A stretch of 64,000 nt of DNA from positions 11,919 through 75,918 of the forward strand of contig CAURMD010000001.1 of assembly GCA_963525985.1 (NCBI GenBank), given 5' to 3'. Within the stretch, counting starts at the first letter, position 1. Every line of letters begins with the position of its first letter. This DNA comes from an uncultured Streptococcus sp. (GTDB lineage Bacteria > Bacillota > Bacilli > Lactobacillales > Streptococcaceae). Below are positions 16,455 to 26,854 of this stretch, one piece after another. Under the pieces are notes generated by a model, which made no database searches, was not told where the DNA came from, and saw nothing but the letters and a program-made list of their open reading frames with translations. Position numbers and translations under genes: made by a program.

Positions 16455-17138
16455 ATGGAAAAAAGCGAACTAGCACGCAAAGACTATGAGGCAGGAATGA
16501 AGTACAAAGACATTGCTATTAAACATGATGTCTCAATCAACACAGTCAAATCATGGCAACGTAGGCATAATTGGACTCGTATAAAAAAGGGTGCACCCAA
16601 AAATCCAAGAGGTGCACCCAAAGGGAATAAGAACGCAGTTGGTCATGGAGCGCCTAAAGGCTCGCAAAATGCCCTTAAACACGGCCTGTTTGCTAAGTAT
16701 CTACCGCAAGGAGTGCATGAGATATACGAGCAACTGGCAGATAAGCAACCAATTGATATTCTTTGGGAGAACATTCAGCTAACCTATGCTAATCTTTTGC
16801 ATGCTCAGCGCATTCTGTACGTTCAGGACGTTGATGATACAACCACTATGCTTATTGCAAGCACAGCAAAAGGCGGAGAAAGCTATGAAGTTCACACTGC
16901 TTGGGATAAGCAGGGTAAGGCTTTAGCTGCAATTGCAAGAATACAGTCAGAACTTAGAAATATGATTAAAACATATGATGAACTGACTCGCTCAAGCCTT
17001 GCTACAGAGGAGCAGAGATTGAGAATTGAGATTCTGAAATCTAAACTGCCTGACAATGAACCTGAGAACGTTCATGATGATGGTTTTATCAAAGCATTAG
17101 AAGGGATAGTCGAAGAAACGTGGCGAGAAGAAAAATAA
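16455..17138 (+). CDS. terS: Terminase small subunit
   Basis: N-terminal HTH, GAPKGN.NA.KHG repeats; SD GGAGG before ATG 16455. Confidence 0.9.
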   Translation: MEKSELARKDYEAGMKYKDIAIKHDVSINTVKSWQRRHNWTRIKKGAPKNPRGAPKGNKNAVGHGAPKGSQNALKHGLFAKYLPQGVHEIYEQLADKQPIDILWENIQLTYANLLHAQRILYVQDVDDTTTMLIASTAKGGESYEVHTAWDKQGKALAAIARIQSELRNMIKTYDELTRSSLATEEQRLRIEILKSKLPDNEPENVHDDGFIKALEGIVEETWREEK

Positions 17139-18400
17139 AGACCAGTACATTCGAATTCCAACCTTTTAGCAGAAAGCAGAATAAGGTGCTAAGTTGGTGG
17201 CTTTGGAACTCTCCAGTTCATGAGTCAGAAGGCATTATTGCTGATGGCGCTATCCGTTCTGGCAAGACTGTTTCTATGAGTCTAGCTTTCGTTATCTGGG
17301 CGATGACATCATTCAACCATCAGAACTTTGCGATGTGTGGTAAGACAATCGGATCTTTCAATCGTAACGTCCTGAAACTGTTGTTGGTTATGATACAGTC
17401 AAGAGGTTTTAGCTATGTCTATCATCGGACGGATAACCTGATAGAAATCTCAAAAGGCGACGTGTCGAATGATTTCTATATCTTTGGTGGTAAGGACGAG
17501 AGTTCACAGGATCTTATTCAAGGTTTAACGCTGGCAGGTATCTTTTTCGATGAAGTGGCGCTTATGCCTGAGTCCTTTGTTAACCAGGGCACAGGGCGGT
17601 GTTCTGTGACAGGTTCCAAGTGGTGGTTTAACTGCAACCCAGACGGGCCTTATCATTGGTTTAAAGTTAACTGGATAGACAAAGCAGAAACAAAGAATAT
17701 GCTTTATCTGCATTTTGATATGGACGACAACCTTTCTCTTTCAGAGAACATCAAGAAGCGTTATAGAAGTCAATATCAAGGTGTTTTCTATCAGCGATAT
17801 ATCCAAGGTCTTTGGACGGTTGCAGAAGGTATTGTCTACGATATGTTCAGTAAGGATAAGCATGTTGTATCAACATTGCCAGAAATGAGTAAGACGGGCA
17901 AATATGTTTCGGTCGACTACGGTACGCAAAATGCGACCGTTTTTCTTTTGTGGGAAAAAGATATCAACGGTAAGTATTACTTAACAAGGGAATATTATTA
18001 CTCAGGTCGTGACGAGAACGTACAGAAGACCAATGCTGAGTACGCTGATGATCTAACTGCTTGGCTAGGAGATACGAACATCGAACGAATCATTATTGAC
18101 CCGTCTGCTGCTTCATTCATTGCCGAATTGAAGAAGCGAGGATATAAAATCAAAAAAGCTAGAAATAATGTTCTTGAAGGCATTCGTTTTGTTGGGTCTA
18201 TGCTAGGCCAAGAGAAAATAGCAGTGCATGAGAGCTGTGTGAATACGTTGAAAGAGTTCCACGCTTATGTCTGGGACGAGAAAGCCTCAGCAAACGGCGA
18301 GGACAAGCCTATCAAACAGTTCGACCACGCAATGGACGCCCTACGTTATTTCTGCTATACAGTATTATTCAAGTCAGGAGGTATGACTGTTTGGAAATAG
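17120..18400 (+). CDS. terL: PBSX-family terminase large subunit
   Basis: GAIRSGKT Walker A, FFDEV Walker B, VDYG, DHAMDALRY. Confidence 0.95.
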   Translation: MARRKIKTSTFEFQPFSRKQNKVLSWWLWNSPVHESEGIIADGAIRSGKTVSMSLAFVIWAMTSFNHQNFAMCGKTIGSFNRNVLKLLLVMIQSRGFSYVYHRTDNLIEISKGDVSNDFYIFGGKDESSQDLIQGLTLAGIFFDEVALMPESFVNQGTGRCSVTGSKWWFNCNPDGPYHWFKVNWIDKAETKNMLYLHFDMDDNLSLSENIKKRYRSQYQGVFYQRYIQGLWTVAEGIVYDMFSKDKHVVSTLPEMSKTGKYVSVDYGTQNATVFLLWEKDINGKYYLTREYYYSGRDENVQKTNAEYADDLTAWLGDTNIERIIIDPSAASFIAELKKRGYKIKKARNNVLEGIRFVGSMLGQEKIAVHESCVNTLKEFHAYVWDEKASANGEDKPIKQFDHAMDALRYFCYTVLFKSGGMTVWK

Positions 18401-19806
18401 AAGTAATTAAAAATATAATCAAGTCGCAGATGGTCAAACATGGAAAGTTTGTCTCACAAGCAGCTGAAGCCGAGAAATACTATCGTAACGAGAATGATAT
18501 TAAACGAAAGCGTAAGCCTGCCGATAAGAAAGGCGCTGAGAATGAAGAGAAAGCAGAAGATAATGCGTTTCGTAATGCTGACAACCGTATTAGTCACAAC
18601 TGGCACCAGTTATTGCTTGACCAGAAAAAGGCTTATGCGTTGACCTATCCGCCTACATTTGATGTGGACGATAAAAAGGTAAATGATAAGATTGTAGATG
18701 TCTTAGGAGACGATTATGAACGTATCAGCAAACAACTTTGTGTGAATGCAGGAAATGCTGGCATCGCTTGGCTTCATGTTTGGAAAGACGCTAGTGATAA
18801 CTCGTTTAGATACGTTTGCGTGGACTCAAAAGAAGTGATACCAATCTACTCAAAGTCTTTGGATAAGAAGTTGATTGGGGTACTGCGAGTTTACTCTAGC
18901 ATAGATGAAACAGATGGTAAAAATTACACTGTTTACGAATATTGGAACGACAAAGAATGCTCTTTCTATCGTCATGAAAAAGAAAAGCCACTGGAAGAAT
19001 TGGAGTCATTCCAAGCAATTTCTTTGATTGATACTATGAATGGAGACCGATCTAGTGACAATAGCTTTAAGCATGATTTTGGCCTTGTTCCTTTTATTCC
19101 GTTCAAGAATAACGAAATTGAGACCAATGACTTGAAGCCAATCAAAGACCTGGTCGATGTTTACGATAAGGTCTTTAGTGGATTTGTCAATGATACAGAC
19201 GATGTTCAAGAGGTTATCTTTGTTCTTACAAACTACGGTGGACAAGACAAGCAAGAGTTTCTTGAAGATTTGAAACGCTACAAGATGATTAAGATGGACA
19301 ACGACGGCATGGGAGACCAATCAGGAGTTACAACCATTGCTATTGACATTCCAACCGAAGCCAGAAATCTGATTTTAGAGCGGACGAAGAAACAAATCTT
19401 TATCAGTGGCCAAGGGGTTAACCCTGAAACAGATAAGCTAGGCAACAGTTCAGGCGTTGCTTTGAAGTTCCTTTACTCTCTTTTAGAGTTAAAAGCTGGG
19501 AATATGGAAACTCAGTTCAGAAGTGGATATGCCACACTCGTTAAGATGATCTTGAAACATCTAGGGTTATCCGATAAACTCAAAATCAAGCAAACATGGA
19601 CACGGAACTCAATCAATAACGATACAGAAATGGCTCAAGTAGTTTCTACTCTTGCAACTATCACATCAAGAGAGAACGTAGCTAAATCAAATCCAATTGT
19701 AGAAGATTGGCAGGATGAACTACGCTTGCAGAAAGCTGACCAAGAGGAACAATCTGAAAAACTCTACGACATGGAAGAGGTAGAGCATGAGTCGGAAACT
19801 GAATAA
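18391..19806 (+). CDS. Portal protein (SPP1 gp6-like)
   Basis: H.FG.VPFIPFKNN, GNSSGVALKF; position. Confidence 0.93.
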   Translation: MEIEVIKNIIKSQMVKHGKFVSQAAEAEKYYRNENDIKRKRKPADKKGAENEEKAEDNAFRNADNRISHNWHQLLLDQKKAYALTYPPTFDVDDKKVNDKIVDVLGDDYERISKQLCVNAGNAGIAWLHVWKDASDNSFRYVCVDSKEVIPIYSKSLDKKLIGVLRVYSSIDETDGKNYTVYEYWNDKECSFYRHEKEKPLEELESFQAISLIDTMNGDRSSDNSFKHDFGLVPFIPFKNNEIETNDLKPIKDLVDVYDKVFSGFVNDTDDVQEVIFVLTNYGGQDKQEFLEDLKRYKMIKMDNDGMGDQSGVTTIAIDIPTEARNLILERTKKQIFISGQGVNPETDKLGNSSGVALKFLYSLLELKAGNMETQFRSGYATLVKMILKHLGLSDKLKIKQTWTRNSINNDTEMAQVVSTLATITSRENVAKSNPIVEDWQDELRLQKADQEEQSEKLYDMEEVEHESETE

Positions 19807-21340
19807 AGAAGAGAAAATTGCCTTTATCGAATCTCTTGATGACCTCAACCGAGAAGAGAAAGACAGATTGCTATATGAGCTGGCTCAGATTGACGACCTC
19901 AGCGAGATAATAGACTACATCGATAATTTATACCACCGAACACTAAAACGTATTACAGGGCGTTTAGAGGCGTTTGAGAGGGTATCTAAAAATCGTAGTG
20001 ACTCATTACCATTTTATCTGTTATCCCTGACTAAGACTGACCAATTAAAAACCAAGCAAGAGATTGCTGGTTTTGTTAAGAAACATCCTGATTTAACAGA
20101 GTGGTCAAGGTCAATAAAGGTCAAAACAAATGCAGATGCCTTGTTCGCTGGCGTTGAGATGGATGTCGCTGAAATGACTGGCAAAATCAACAAGCGAATA
20201 GAAACACATCTCAAGCAAACCTACCAAGAAACCTACTTAAATCGTGCTTACAACTACCATAAACAGACCAAAAGAGAACCGAATTTCAAGCCTGAGCGCC
20301 TAGAAGAAGAGTATCTTCAAAAGGCAATCAACGAAAACTTCAAAGGCAAGCGGTTCTCTGAGCGTGTTTGGGGCAGCAATATGGACGAACTGGTTAGTAA
20401 AGTAGAATCGCTTGTAACCAATGATTTAAACCGAGGCTATCCGATAGACCAGTCCAGTAAGCTTCTAGCAATTGAGTTTGAACGTGCTCGTAATCGTGCA
20501 GTGACTGTTTTACAGACGGAAACAAACGGTATTCAGGCTCAGGCAACGCTGGATGAATATCAGGACGACAATATCAAGAAGTACAGGTATCTAGCGACCT
20601 TAGAAGTTCACACATGCCCTATTTGTGGTGAGTTGGATGGTAAGGTATTTCTTGTTAAGGATGCAGAGAAAGGTGTAAATTACCCGACCATGCACCCTCA
20701 CTGTCGATGTACAACGGTTCCTGCCTTAGAAAAAGGTGGGAAACGCTATGCAAGAGATATTGAAACAGGAAAAGGCTACGAGGTAGATAGTGGTCAGACC
20801 TTCAATGATTGGCGAAAGCAGCAACTTAATAAGTATGGCCAGACTGCTATCAAGGACAAGCTACAAGCTGAACGATTGGAAAAGGACAGAGTCCGCAGAA
20901 CCAAGGAGCAGTTCATAGCTTATAGGCAGGTTTTAGGCTCTCAAAATATGCCCAAAACATTTGCAGGCTTCTATGATTTGAAGTATAATAACGTTGAGGG
21001 ATACAAGGAACTAAAAGACCGCATCAGATGGACAAAGTCCAAGTTTCCTACTGAGAAATCTTTAAATGGACATTTCAAAAGTCATGGGAAAGAGTTCGGA
21101 GCGGAAAGCCCTGAAGAATATCAACAATTGGCTAGAAATTTATTATCTTCTGTTGTCTCTAAAAATATTATAGGTTATGATACTGGAGAAAGAAGAGTTC
21201 GATTTAATCGAGAAACGGGGACAATTGCGATTGGGAAAAGAAATGCCTCAGGAAAAGTGAGAATAACAACTATGTTTAAGCCAGATGATGGAGAGGAATA
21301 TTACCATGACGACTATAAAAAAGAATATAATAATGATTGA
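19787..21340 (+). CDS. MuF/SPP1 gp7 minor head protein with C-terminal toxin-like extension
   Basis: TC.IC..LDG and P.MHPHCRCT MuF motifs; tip HF.SHG.EFG...Y...A...RFN..TG...ITTMFKP. Confidence 0.88.
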   Translation: MSRKLNKEEKIAFIESLDDLNREEKDRLLYELAQIDDLSEIIDYIDNLYHRTLKRITGRLEAFERVSKNRSDSLPFYLLSLTKTDQLKTKQEIAGFVKKHPDLTEWSRSIKVKTNADALFAGVEMDVAEMTGKINKRIETHLKQTYQETYLNRAYNYHKQTKREPNFKPERLEEEYLQKAINENFKGKRFSERVWGSNMDELVSKVESLVTNDLNRGYPIDQSSKLLAIEFERARNRAVTVLQTETNGIQAQATLDEYQDDNIKKYRYLATLEVHTCPICGELDGKVFLVKDAEKGVNYPTMHPHCRCTTVPALEKGGKRYARDIETGKGYEVDSGQTFNDWRKQQLNKYGQTAIKDKLQAERLEKDRVRRTKEQFIAYRQVLGSQNMPKTFAGFYDLKYNNVEGYKELKDRIRWTKSKFPTEKSLNGHFKSHGKEFGAESPEEYQQLARNLLSSVVSKNIIGYDTGERRVRFNRETGTIAIGKRNASGKVRITTMFKPDDGEEYYHDDYKKEYNND

Positions 21341-21512
21341 TGGATGGGAACATGTTAATTGTCCCGTATGTGGAAATTTAGTAGAAACTTATGATATTTG
21401 CGAGGTTTGTCATTGGCAGAATACGGGAGCGTTTAATATCGATGGCGGTCCAAATAAAATGACACTTGCAGAGGCTAAAGAAGCTTATGCAAAAGGTTTA
21501 CCGATTAGATAA
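21333..21512 (+). CDS. Cys-rich CPCC-type protein (candidate immunity)
   Basis: CPVCG..YDICEVC.W....GGPN.MTL.EA; overlaps MuF stop; followed by terminator. Confidence 0.75.
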   Translation: MIDGWEHVNCPVCGNLVETYDICEVCHWQNTGAFNIDGGPNKMTLAEAKEAYAKGLPIR

Positions 21513-21568
21513 ATAAGCACCTAGAGAAATCTAAGTGCTTTTTTCGTACTCAGAAAGGAGTGAAAGAT

Positions 21569-21781
21569 ATGGAAGATTGGAAAGAAAGATTTAGAAAAGA
21601 ATACTACGAATTGAGAGAACGATTCCAAAAGTTGGATAGGATGATTAGTTTATACGAAAAAGGACAGATAGAGTTTCAACCTAAATGTCCCATTGATTTG
21701 TTAAAAAGTCAGCGTTCAACCATGTGGAATTATTTAAAAATTCTAGAACAACGTGCAAAAATTGAAGAAATAAAATTATAA
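21569..21781 (+). CDS. Small phage protein (crAss001_48-like)
   Basis: ER...EY.EL.ER..KL...LL..Q...M..Y..ILE.RA pattern. Confidence 0.7.
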   Translation: MEDWKERFRKEYYELRERFQKLDRMISLYEKGQIEFQPKCPIDLLKSQRSTMWNYLKILEQRAKIEEIKL

Positions 21782-21871
21782 AATCTAACCGCATCGAAAT
21801 CGAGGCGGTTTTCTAATGCTCTAACCGTATGGAATCCCGTACGGTTAAATTTATATGTTGGAGGTATTACT

Positions 21872-22006
21872 TTGAGGATGTATACAAAAATAGCACTAAC
21901 AATTGCTGTAACCGTCATTACAACAAAGCTAGTGCTACACATAGAAGAACAGCGAAAAATCAGAGACTTACATAATCGAATCGCTAAACTAGTTCAAATT
22001 GACTAG
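21872..22006 (+). CDS. Small membrane-anchored peptide (44 aa)
   Basis: Read by hand; SD GGAGGT. Confidence 0.5.
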   Translation: MRMYTKIALTIAVTVITTKLVLHIEEQRKIRDLHNRIAKLVQID

Positions 22007-22013
22007 TGTCTTT

Positions 22014-22110
22014 CGCCCTGAACATGGCGTTAAAAGGTTCAACTATTGGACAAGTCCGTAGTCCTAATAAAAGCGGAGCGACTGGTGATGGAGAACACCT
22101 AAAAAGCCTA
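22014..22110 (+). promoter_or_regulatory. Tandem pseudoknot leader upstream of scaffold gene
   Basis: CGCC/GGCG + TGAAC/GTTCA; GGAC/GTCC + TCCGT/GCGGA; GGTG/CACC; each followed by an A-rich linker. Confidence 0.55.
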
Positions 22111-22133
22111 GCGTAGAGGAAAGGATTTTCAAA

Positions 22134-22715
22134 ATGAAAAAAGAACAACTGGCAAACATCGGCTTAACTGAAGACCAAATTTCTCAAGTCTTCGCTTTGC
22201 ATGGTGTGGATATCCAAAAGTTAAAGGATGATGTGGCAAGTAAAGATAGCGAATTGGAGAGCGTGCGTGGACAGCTGACACAACGTGACCAAGACTTGAA
22301 TGATTTGAAGAAAAAAGGCGCAGATGTTGAAGATATTCAGCAAAAGCTAGCAGACTTACAAGCTAAGTACAAGCAAGATACAGAAGCGCTTGAGATGAAA
22401 CTAGCAGATGAGAACAAATCTCGCTTAATCGATGCTGAGTTGACAAAAGCTGGCGTTCGAGACGCAGAAATTTTCGAGAAAATCTTAAACAAAGACGAAA
22501 TCTCTGTAAAAGATGGCAAATTGATTGGCTTAACTGAGCAAATCGAAGCTCAGCGTGCTAAGAGTCCATATCTATTTAACGGGGAGAAACAAGCCCAATA
22601 CACGCCAAATCAAGGCGATGGGCAAGGTGCTAATTTAGGGAATTGGGAAACTGCCATGAGCAATCCCGACGTCAACCTAACTCAATTTTTAGAACAACAA
22701 GGAGAAAATAACTAA
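22134..22715 (+). CDS. Capsid scaffolding protein (Phage_GP20-like)
   Basis: MK.E.L...GLT.DQI, GL.EQ......PYLF; precedes capsid. Confidence 0.9.
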   Translation: MKKEQLANIGLTEDQISQVFALHGVDIQKLKDDVASKDSELESVRGQLTQRDQDLNDLKKKGADVEDIQQKLADLQAKYKQDTEALEMKLADENKSRLIDAELTKAGVRDAEIFEKILNKDEISVKDGKLIGLTEQIEAQRAKSPYLFNGEKQAQYTPNQGDGQGANLGNWETAMSNPDVNLTQFLEQQGENN

Positions 22716-23707
22716 TGGCTAATGAAATTACAAAAATTCTAGACACGATTACACCTCAACAGTACAATGCCTACATGCAACAGTACACGGCTGCTAAATC
22801 TGCTTTCGTTCAAAGTGGTATCGCAGTATCAGATGAGCGTGTCTCTAAAAACATTACATCTGGTGGTCTTTTGGTCAACATGCCTTTCTGGAATGACCTT
22901 GCTGGTGATTCTGAGGTTCTCGGAAATGGCGACAAAGCCCTAGAAACTGGGAAAATTACTGCTGGAGCAGACATTGCCTGCGTTCTTTATCGTGGACGTG
23001 GTTGGGCTGCCAACGAATTGACTGGTATTGTAGCTGGTTCTGACCCAGTACGTGCTATCTTGAACCGTATCGGTGCTTATTGGCTACGTGAAGACCAAAA
23101 AGCCTTGATTGCTACCTTGAATGGTATCTTTGCTACTGGTACCGGTGGAGAGAAAGGTGCGCTTGAAGAAACTCACGTATCAGACCAATCAAAAGCGTCT
23201 ACTGGTATCGATGCAGCTATGGTACTTGACGCCAAACAATTGCTTGGAGATTCTGCTGATCAAGTTACTGCTATTGCTATGAACTCAGCGGTTTACACTA
23301 AACTACAAAAAGACAACTTGATTCAATACATCCAGCCAACAACTGCGACTATCAACATCCCTACCTACCTTGGTTACCGTGTCATTATCGATGATGGCAT
23401 TAAACCGACAGGAGATGTTTATACATCATACCTTTTCCGCACGGGTTCAATCGGTCTCAATACAGGAAATCCATCAGGATTGACTACATTTGAAACTTCT
23501 CGTGAAGCCGCTAAAGGCAACGACATGATTTACACTCGTCGTGCCCTTGTTATGCATCCTTACGGCGTGAAATGGACTGGCGCAGAAGTGGCTGAAGGAA
23601 ACATCACTCCATCAAACACTGACTTGGCTAAATTCAAAAACTGGCAACGTGTTTATGAGCCTAAGAACATCGGTATTATCGCTTTGAAACACAAAATCGG
23701 CAAATAG
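22715..23707 (+). CDS. Major capsid protein
   Basis: SPP1 gp13-like: VNMPFWNDL.G, LAGSDP-like motif, HPYG. Confidence 0.92.
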   Translation: MANEITKILDTITPQQYNAYMQQYTAAKSAFVQSGIAVSDERVSKNITSGGLLVNMPFWNDLAGDSEVLGNGDKALETGKITAGADIACVLYRGRGWAANELTGIVAGSDPVRAILNRIGAYWLREDQKALIATLNGIFATGTGGEKGALEETHVSDQSKASTGIDAAMVLDAKQLLGDSADQVTAIAMNSAVYTKLQKDNLIQYIQPTTATINIPTYLGYRVIIDDGIKPTGDVYTSYLFRTGSIGLNTGNPSGLTTFETSREAAKGNDMIYTRRALVMHPYGVKWTGAEVAEGNITPSNTDLAKFKNWQRVYEPKNIGIIALKHKIGK

Positions 23708-23722
23708 ATTGGGTGACAGAAT

Positions 23723-24118
23723 ATGATTCAAGAATTGAAACAAGACAACACAATGTACTTGATCTCATGCGTTCGGAAAATGCGTCAGGATAATTATTTC
23801 AAAGATATGGAAGTTCTTCACTACGCTTTGACCCAAGCAGAAAACGAGATTTTGAATTATATTCACCAAGACAGTGTGCCTGGACGTTTAGAGAACGTAT
23901 GGATAGACATGACCAACGACTTACTGGACAAGGTCAAGGAGCAAAGCGTTCTTGCTAAAAAAGCTGACGCAGACGACTTTTCGGTTAAGAGTATCAAAAT
24001 GGGTGATACGACAATCGAAAAGGTTAGCCCTTACGAAATGATTCAACGAATGAAACAAGTGCCGTCATCACTTGAGCGCTACAAGCGTCAGTTGAATCGC
24101 TTTAGGAAGCTACTATGA
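23723..24118 (+). CDS. Head-tail connector protein
   Basis: Position; VKSIK.GDT and L..FRKL motifs. Confidence 0.75.
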   Translation: MIQELKQDNTMYLISCVRKMRQDNYFKDMEVLHYALTQAENEILNYIHQDSVPGRLENVWIDMTNDLLDKVKEQSVLAKKADADDFSVKSIKMGDTTIEKVSPYEMIQRMKQVPSSLERYKRQLNRFRKLL

Positions 24119-24471
24119 CCGAATATGCTAAGACAGTCTTTGATTGCTTGTATGACTGTAAAATGACGGTTAAAGGTTATACAGAGCAAGAGATAGACGG
24201 TTTGACCAGTATGTCAGAAAGCGTGCTATTAGAGGACATTCCTTGTAGGATTTCGCAAATGAGCAATAGTTCAACGAACGGGAGCGACTATCAAGCTAAC
24301 GGCTATGATATGAAACTATTTTGCTCAGTTGTCTATGATATCCCTGCAGGGTGCAAGATTGAGGTGACTGATAGAAATGGGCACGTTAAAGTGTTTACAC
24401 GGTCTAATGTGCCTATTGATCAGTATTGGTCACATCAAGAAATTGCTATAAAGCTAGAGGGCAAGTCATGA
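24115..24471 (+). CDS. Head-tail adaptor (XkdH-like)
   Basis: IPCRIS, I.AG.KIEVT, SHQEI. Confidence 0.75.
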   Translation: MTEYAKTVFDCLYDCKMTVKGYTEQEIDGLTSMSESVLLEDIPCRISQMSNSSTNGSDYQANGYDMKLFCSVVYDIPAGCKIEVTDRNGHVKVFTRSNVPIDQYWSHQEIAIKLEGKS

Positions 24472-24959
24472 GTGGCAGTTTTGATTATCGTAGTTTCGCT
24501 AAGTTTGCTAACAACTTCAACAGGAATGCAAATCATGCGATAGTAGACCTATTTATGAGACAGACCTTGAATTATGAAGGTACAGAACTAAAATCCAAAG
24601 TAAAAGAGAGAACGCCTGTCGGTGTTTATACGGATCATTGGGTGGAGTTCACTACCAAAGATGGCAAACACGTCAAATTTTGGGCAAGTGCTCATGGTAA
24701 ACAAGGCGGAACCTTGCAAAAAGGCTGGTCTAAAAGCCGTATTGAAGTATCTGGACGGACTTATAAGCAGAAAGTTTATAACAAGGTCTACTATGGCCCA
24801 CACGTTGAGTACGGGCATAAGACAGTCAATGGTGGCTTTGTTCCAGGGCAATTTTTCCTTCATAAAACGGTTGAAGATACTAAAAGTGATATGGAGAAAC
24901 GTGTCCATGATAAGTATGATGGCTTTATGAGAAAGGTAGTGTTAGGAAATGGCAAATAA
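24468..24959 (+). CDS. HK97 gp10-family neck protein
   Basis: TPVG, G.L..GW, Y..HVEYGH, FVPGQFFL. Confidence 0.85.
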   Translation: MSGSFDYRSFAKFANNFNRNANHAIVDLFMRQTLNYEGTELKSKVKERTPVGVYTDHWVEFTTKDGKHVKFWASAHGKQGGTLQKGWSKSRIEVSGRTYKQKVYNKVYYGPHVEYGHKTVNGGFVPGQFFLHKTVEDTKSDMEKRVHDKYDGFMRKVVLGNGK

Positions 24960-25365
24960 AGGCTTTCGGTTAGTCGAGGAGTTAGTTAGTCACATCAAGG
25001 GGTTATATCCTGACATCAGGATTTATCTGGATGAAGTAGAGCAAGGTTTTAAAGAGCCTTGTTTTTTTATCCATGTTGTTGATACTAAGTACACTCCAGA
25101 AGCTAACAAGTATGTGAAAGTACGTTCTAAAGTGGATTTGTCTTATTTTCCTCCTAAGAAAAAGCGTAGCGAGTGTTTAGCAATGCAGGAAGAATTGAGT
25201 TATAAACTCTTACACTTGCCGACGATTCATTTATTTGACCGTCAGTATGAAGTGGTTGACAACGTTCTGCATTGTATTTTTAACGCAAGCACACGCTTGA
25301 AGTTAGAAGAGGAAGATATCAAACAACGTGAATTGAAAGTGAAAGAAGAGGTAAAAGATGGATAA
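24949..25365 (+). CDS. Tail terminator-like protein
   Basis: IY...V.QGF.EPCFFI; VDNVLH. Confidence 0.75.
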   Translation: MANKGFRLVEELVSHIKGLYPDIRIYLDEVEQGFKEPCFFIHVVDTKYTPEANKYVKVRSKVDLSYFPPKKKRSECLAMQEELSYKLLHLPTIHLFDRQYEVVDNVLHCIFNASTRLKLEEEDIKQRELKVKEEVKDG

Positions 25366-25528
25366 TGTAGACGGAATTGTGTTCCCTACTGCGGACATTT
25401 TGGAAAGTAGCGCTTTTACCAACGGAGAAAAAGACATTTTGGGGGCTATTTTAGATCCAGAAGAGTCTTATAGTTTGGAAGAAGCAAGAGCAAAACTAGA
25501 ATACGAACTAGGAAGGAAGATTAAGTAA
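25358..25528 (+). CDS. Small tail-associated protein (56 aa)
   Basis: Read by hand; coupled to sheath by TAATG. Confidence 0.7.
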   Translation: MDNVDGIVFPTADILESSAFTNGEKDILGAILDPEESYSLEEARAKLEYELGRKIK

Positions 25529-26841
25529 TGGCAGGTGGAATTTGGAAACGCCAAAATAAAGTAAGACCAGGTGCTTACATCAACGTCAAATCAAAAGACA
25601 TCGCAATGACTCGCCTTGGCGGTGACGGTGTCGTAACAGTACCGCTAGCACTCAGCTTCGGTGAGTCAAAGAAATTGATGAAAATCCGACGTGGCGAAGA
25701 CCTATTTAAAAAACTAGGCTATGAGCAAGAAAGCCCACAGCTTTTGTTGCTGAACGAGGCATTCAAACGTGTGAGTGAAGTCTTGCTTTATCGTCTGAAT
25801 ACAGGCGAAAAGGCAAACGTAAGCCTTTCAGACAACGTAACGGCTCAAGCTAAATATAGCGGTGTCCGTGGGAATGACATTACAGTAACGGTCAAAACAA
25901 ACGTAGACGACCCAAGTTCATTTGATGTTGTCACATTCCTTGATACTGTTGTTATGGACTCGCAGACTGTAAAAGTCTTGGCCGATTTGAAAAACAATGA
26001 TCTAGTTGAATTTTCAGGAACTGGCGAACTGCAAGCGGTGGCTGGTGCTAAACTTACTGGCGGTACTGACGGTGCAGTCTCAACCCAAGACTACTCAGAA
26101 TACTTCAAAGCGCTTGAAACAGTTGAATTTAACTATATGGCCTTGCCAGTAGAAGACGCTTCTATCAAGAAAGCAGCTATCAACTTCATCAAACGTATGC
26201 GTGAAGACGAAGGACTTGGTGCTCAATTGGTTGTTGCGGACTCTGACGCAGACAGTGAAGCAGTAATCAACGTTAAAAATGGCGTTATCTTGTCTGATAA
26301 GACAGTTATTGATAAGACGAAAGCGACTGTTTGGGTTGCAGCTGCAAGCGCAAATGCTGGTGTTGAAAAATCATTGACTTACGAGAAGTACGAAGACTCT
26401 GTTGATGTTGTGGGTCGTTTGAGCCACACAGAGACAGAAGATGCGCTCTTGAAAGGGCAATTTGTCTTCACTGCTCGTCGTGGCCGTGCAGTAGTTGAAC
26501 AAGATATCAACTCACACGTCAGCTTCACGATTGAGAAGAACCAGGACTTCCGTAAAAACCGTATCTTGCGCACTTTGGATGATATCGTGAACGATACTCG
26601 TTATGCTTTCTCTGAGTATTTCCTTGGTAAAGTAAGCAACAACGAAGATGGACGTCAAGCGTTTAAAGCGAATCGTATTCGTTACTTCAAAGACCTTGAA
26701 GCTCGTGGTGCTATTGAAGACTTCAAAGTTGAAGACATCGAGGTGCTACGTGGTGAGTTGAAAGAGTCTGTAGTGGTTAACGTAAAAGTGAAACCAGTGG
26801 ACAGCATGGAAAAACTGTACATGACAGTTACAGTAGAGTAG
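25528..26841 (+). CDS. Tail sheath protein (XkdK-like)
   Basis: MAGG.W..QNKVRPGAYIN; V.PVDSMEKLYMTV. Confidence 0.93.
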   Translation: MAGGIWKRQNKVRPGAYINVKSKDIAMTRLGGDGVVTVPLALSFGESKKLMKIRRGEDLFKKLGYEQESPQLLLLNEAFKRVSEVLLYRLNTGEKANVSLSDNVTAQAKYSGVRGNDITVTVKTNVDDPSSFDVVTFLDTVVMDSQTVKVLADLKNNDLVEFSGTGELQAVAGAKLTGGTDGAVSTQDYSEYFKALETVEFNYMALPVEDASIKKAAINFIKRMREDEGLGAQLVVADSDADSEAVINVKNGVILSDKTVIDKTKATVWVAAASANAGVEKSLTYEKYEDSVDVVGRLSHTETEDALLKGQFVFTARRGRAVVEQDINSHVSFTIEKNQDFRKNRILRTLDDIVNDTRYAFSEYFLGKVSNNEDGRQAFKANRIRYFKDLEARGAIEDFKVEDIEVLRGELKESVVVNVKVKPVDSMEKLYMTVTVE

Positions 26842-26854
26842 GAAAGGAGATAGT

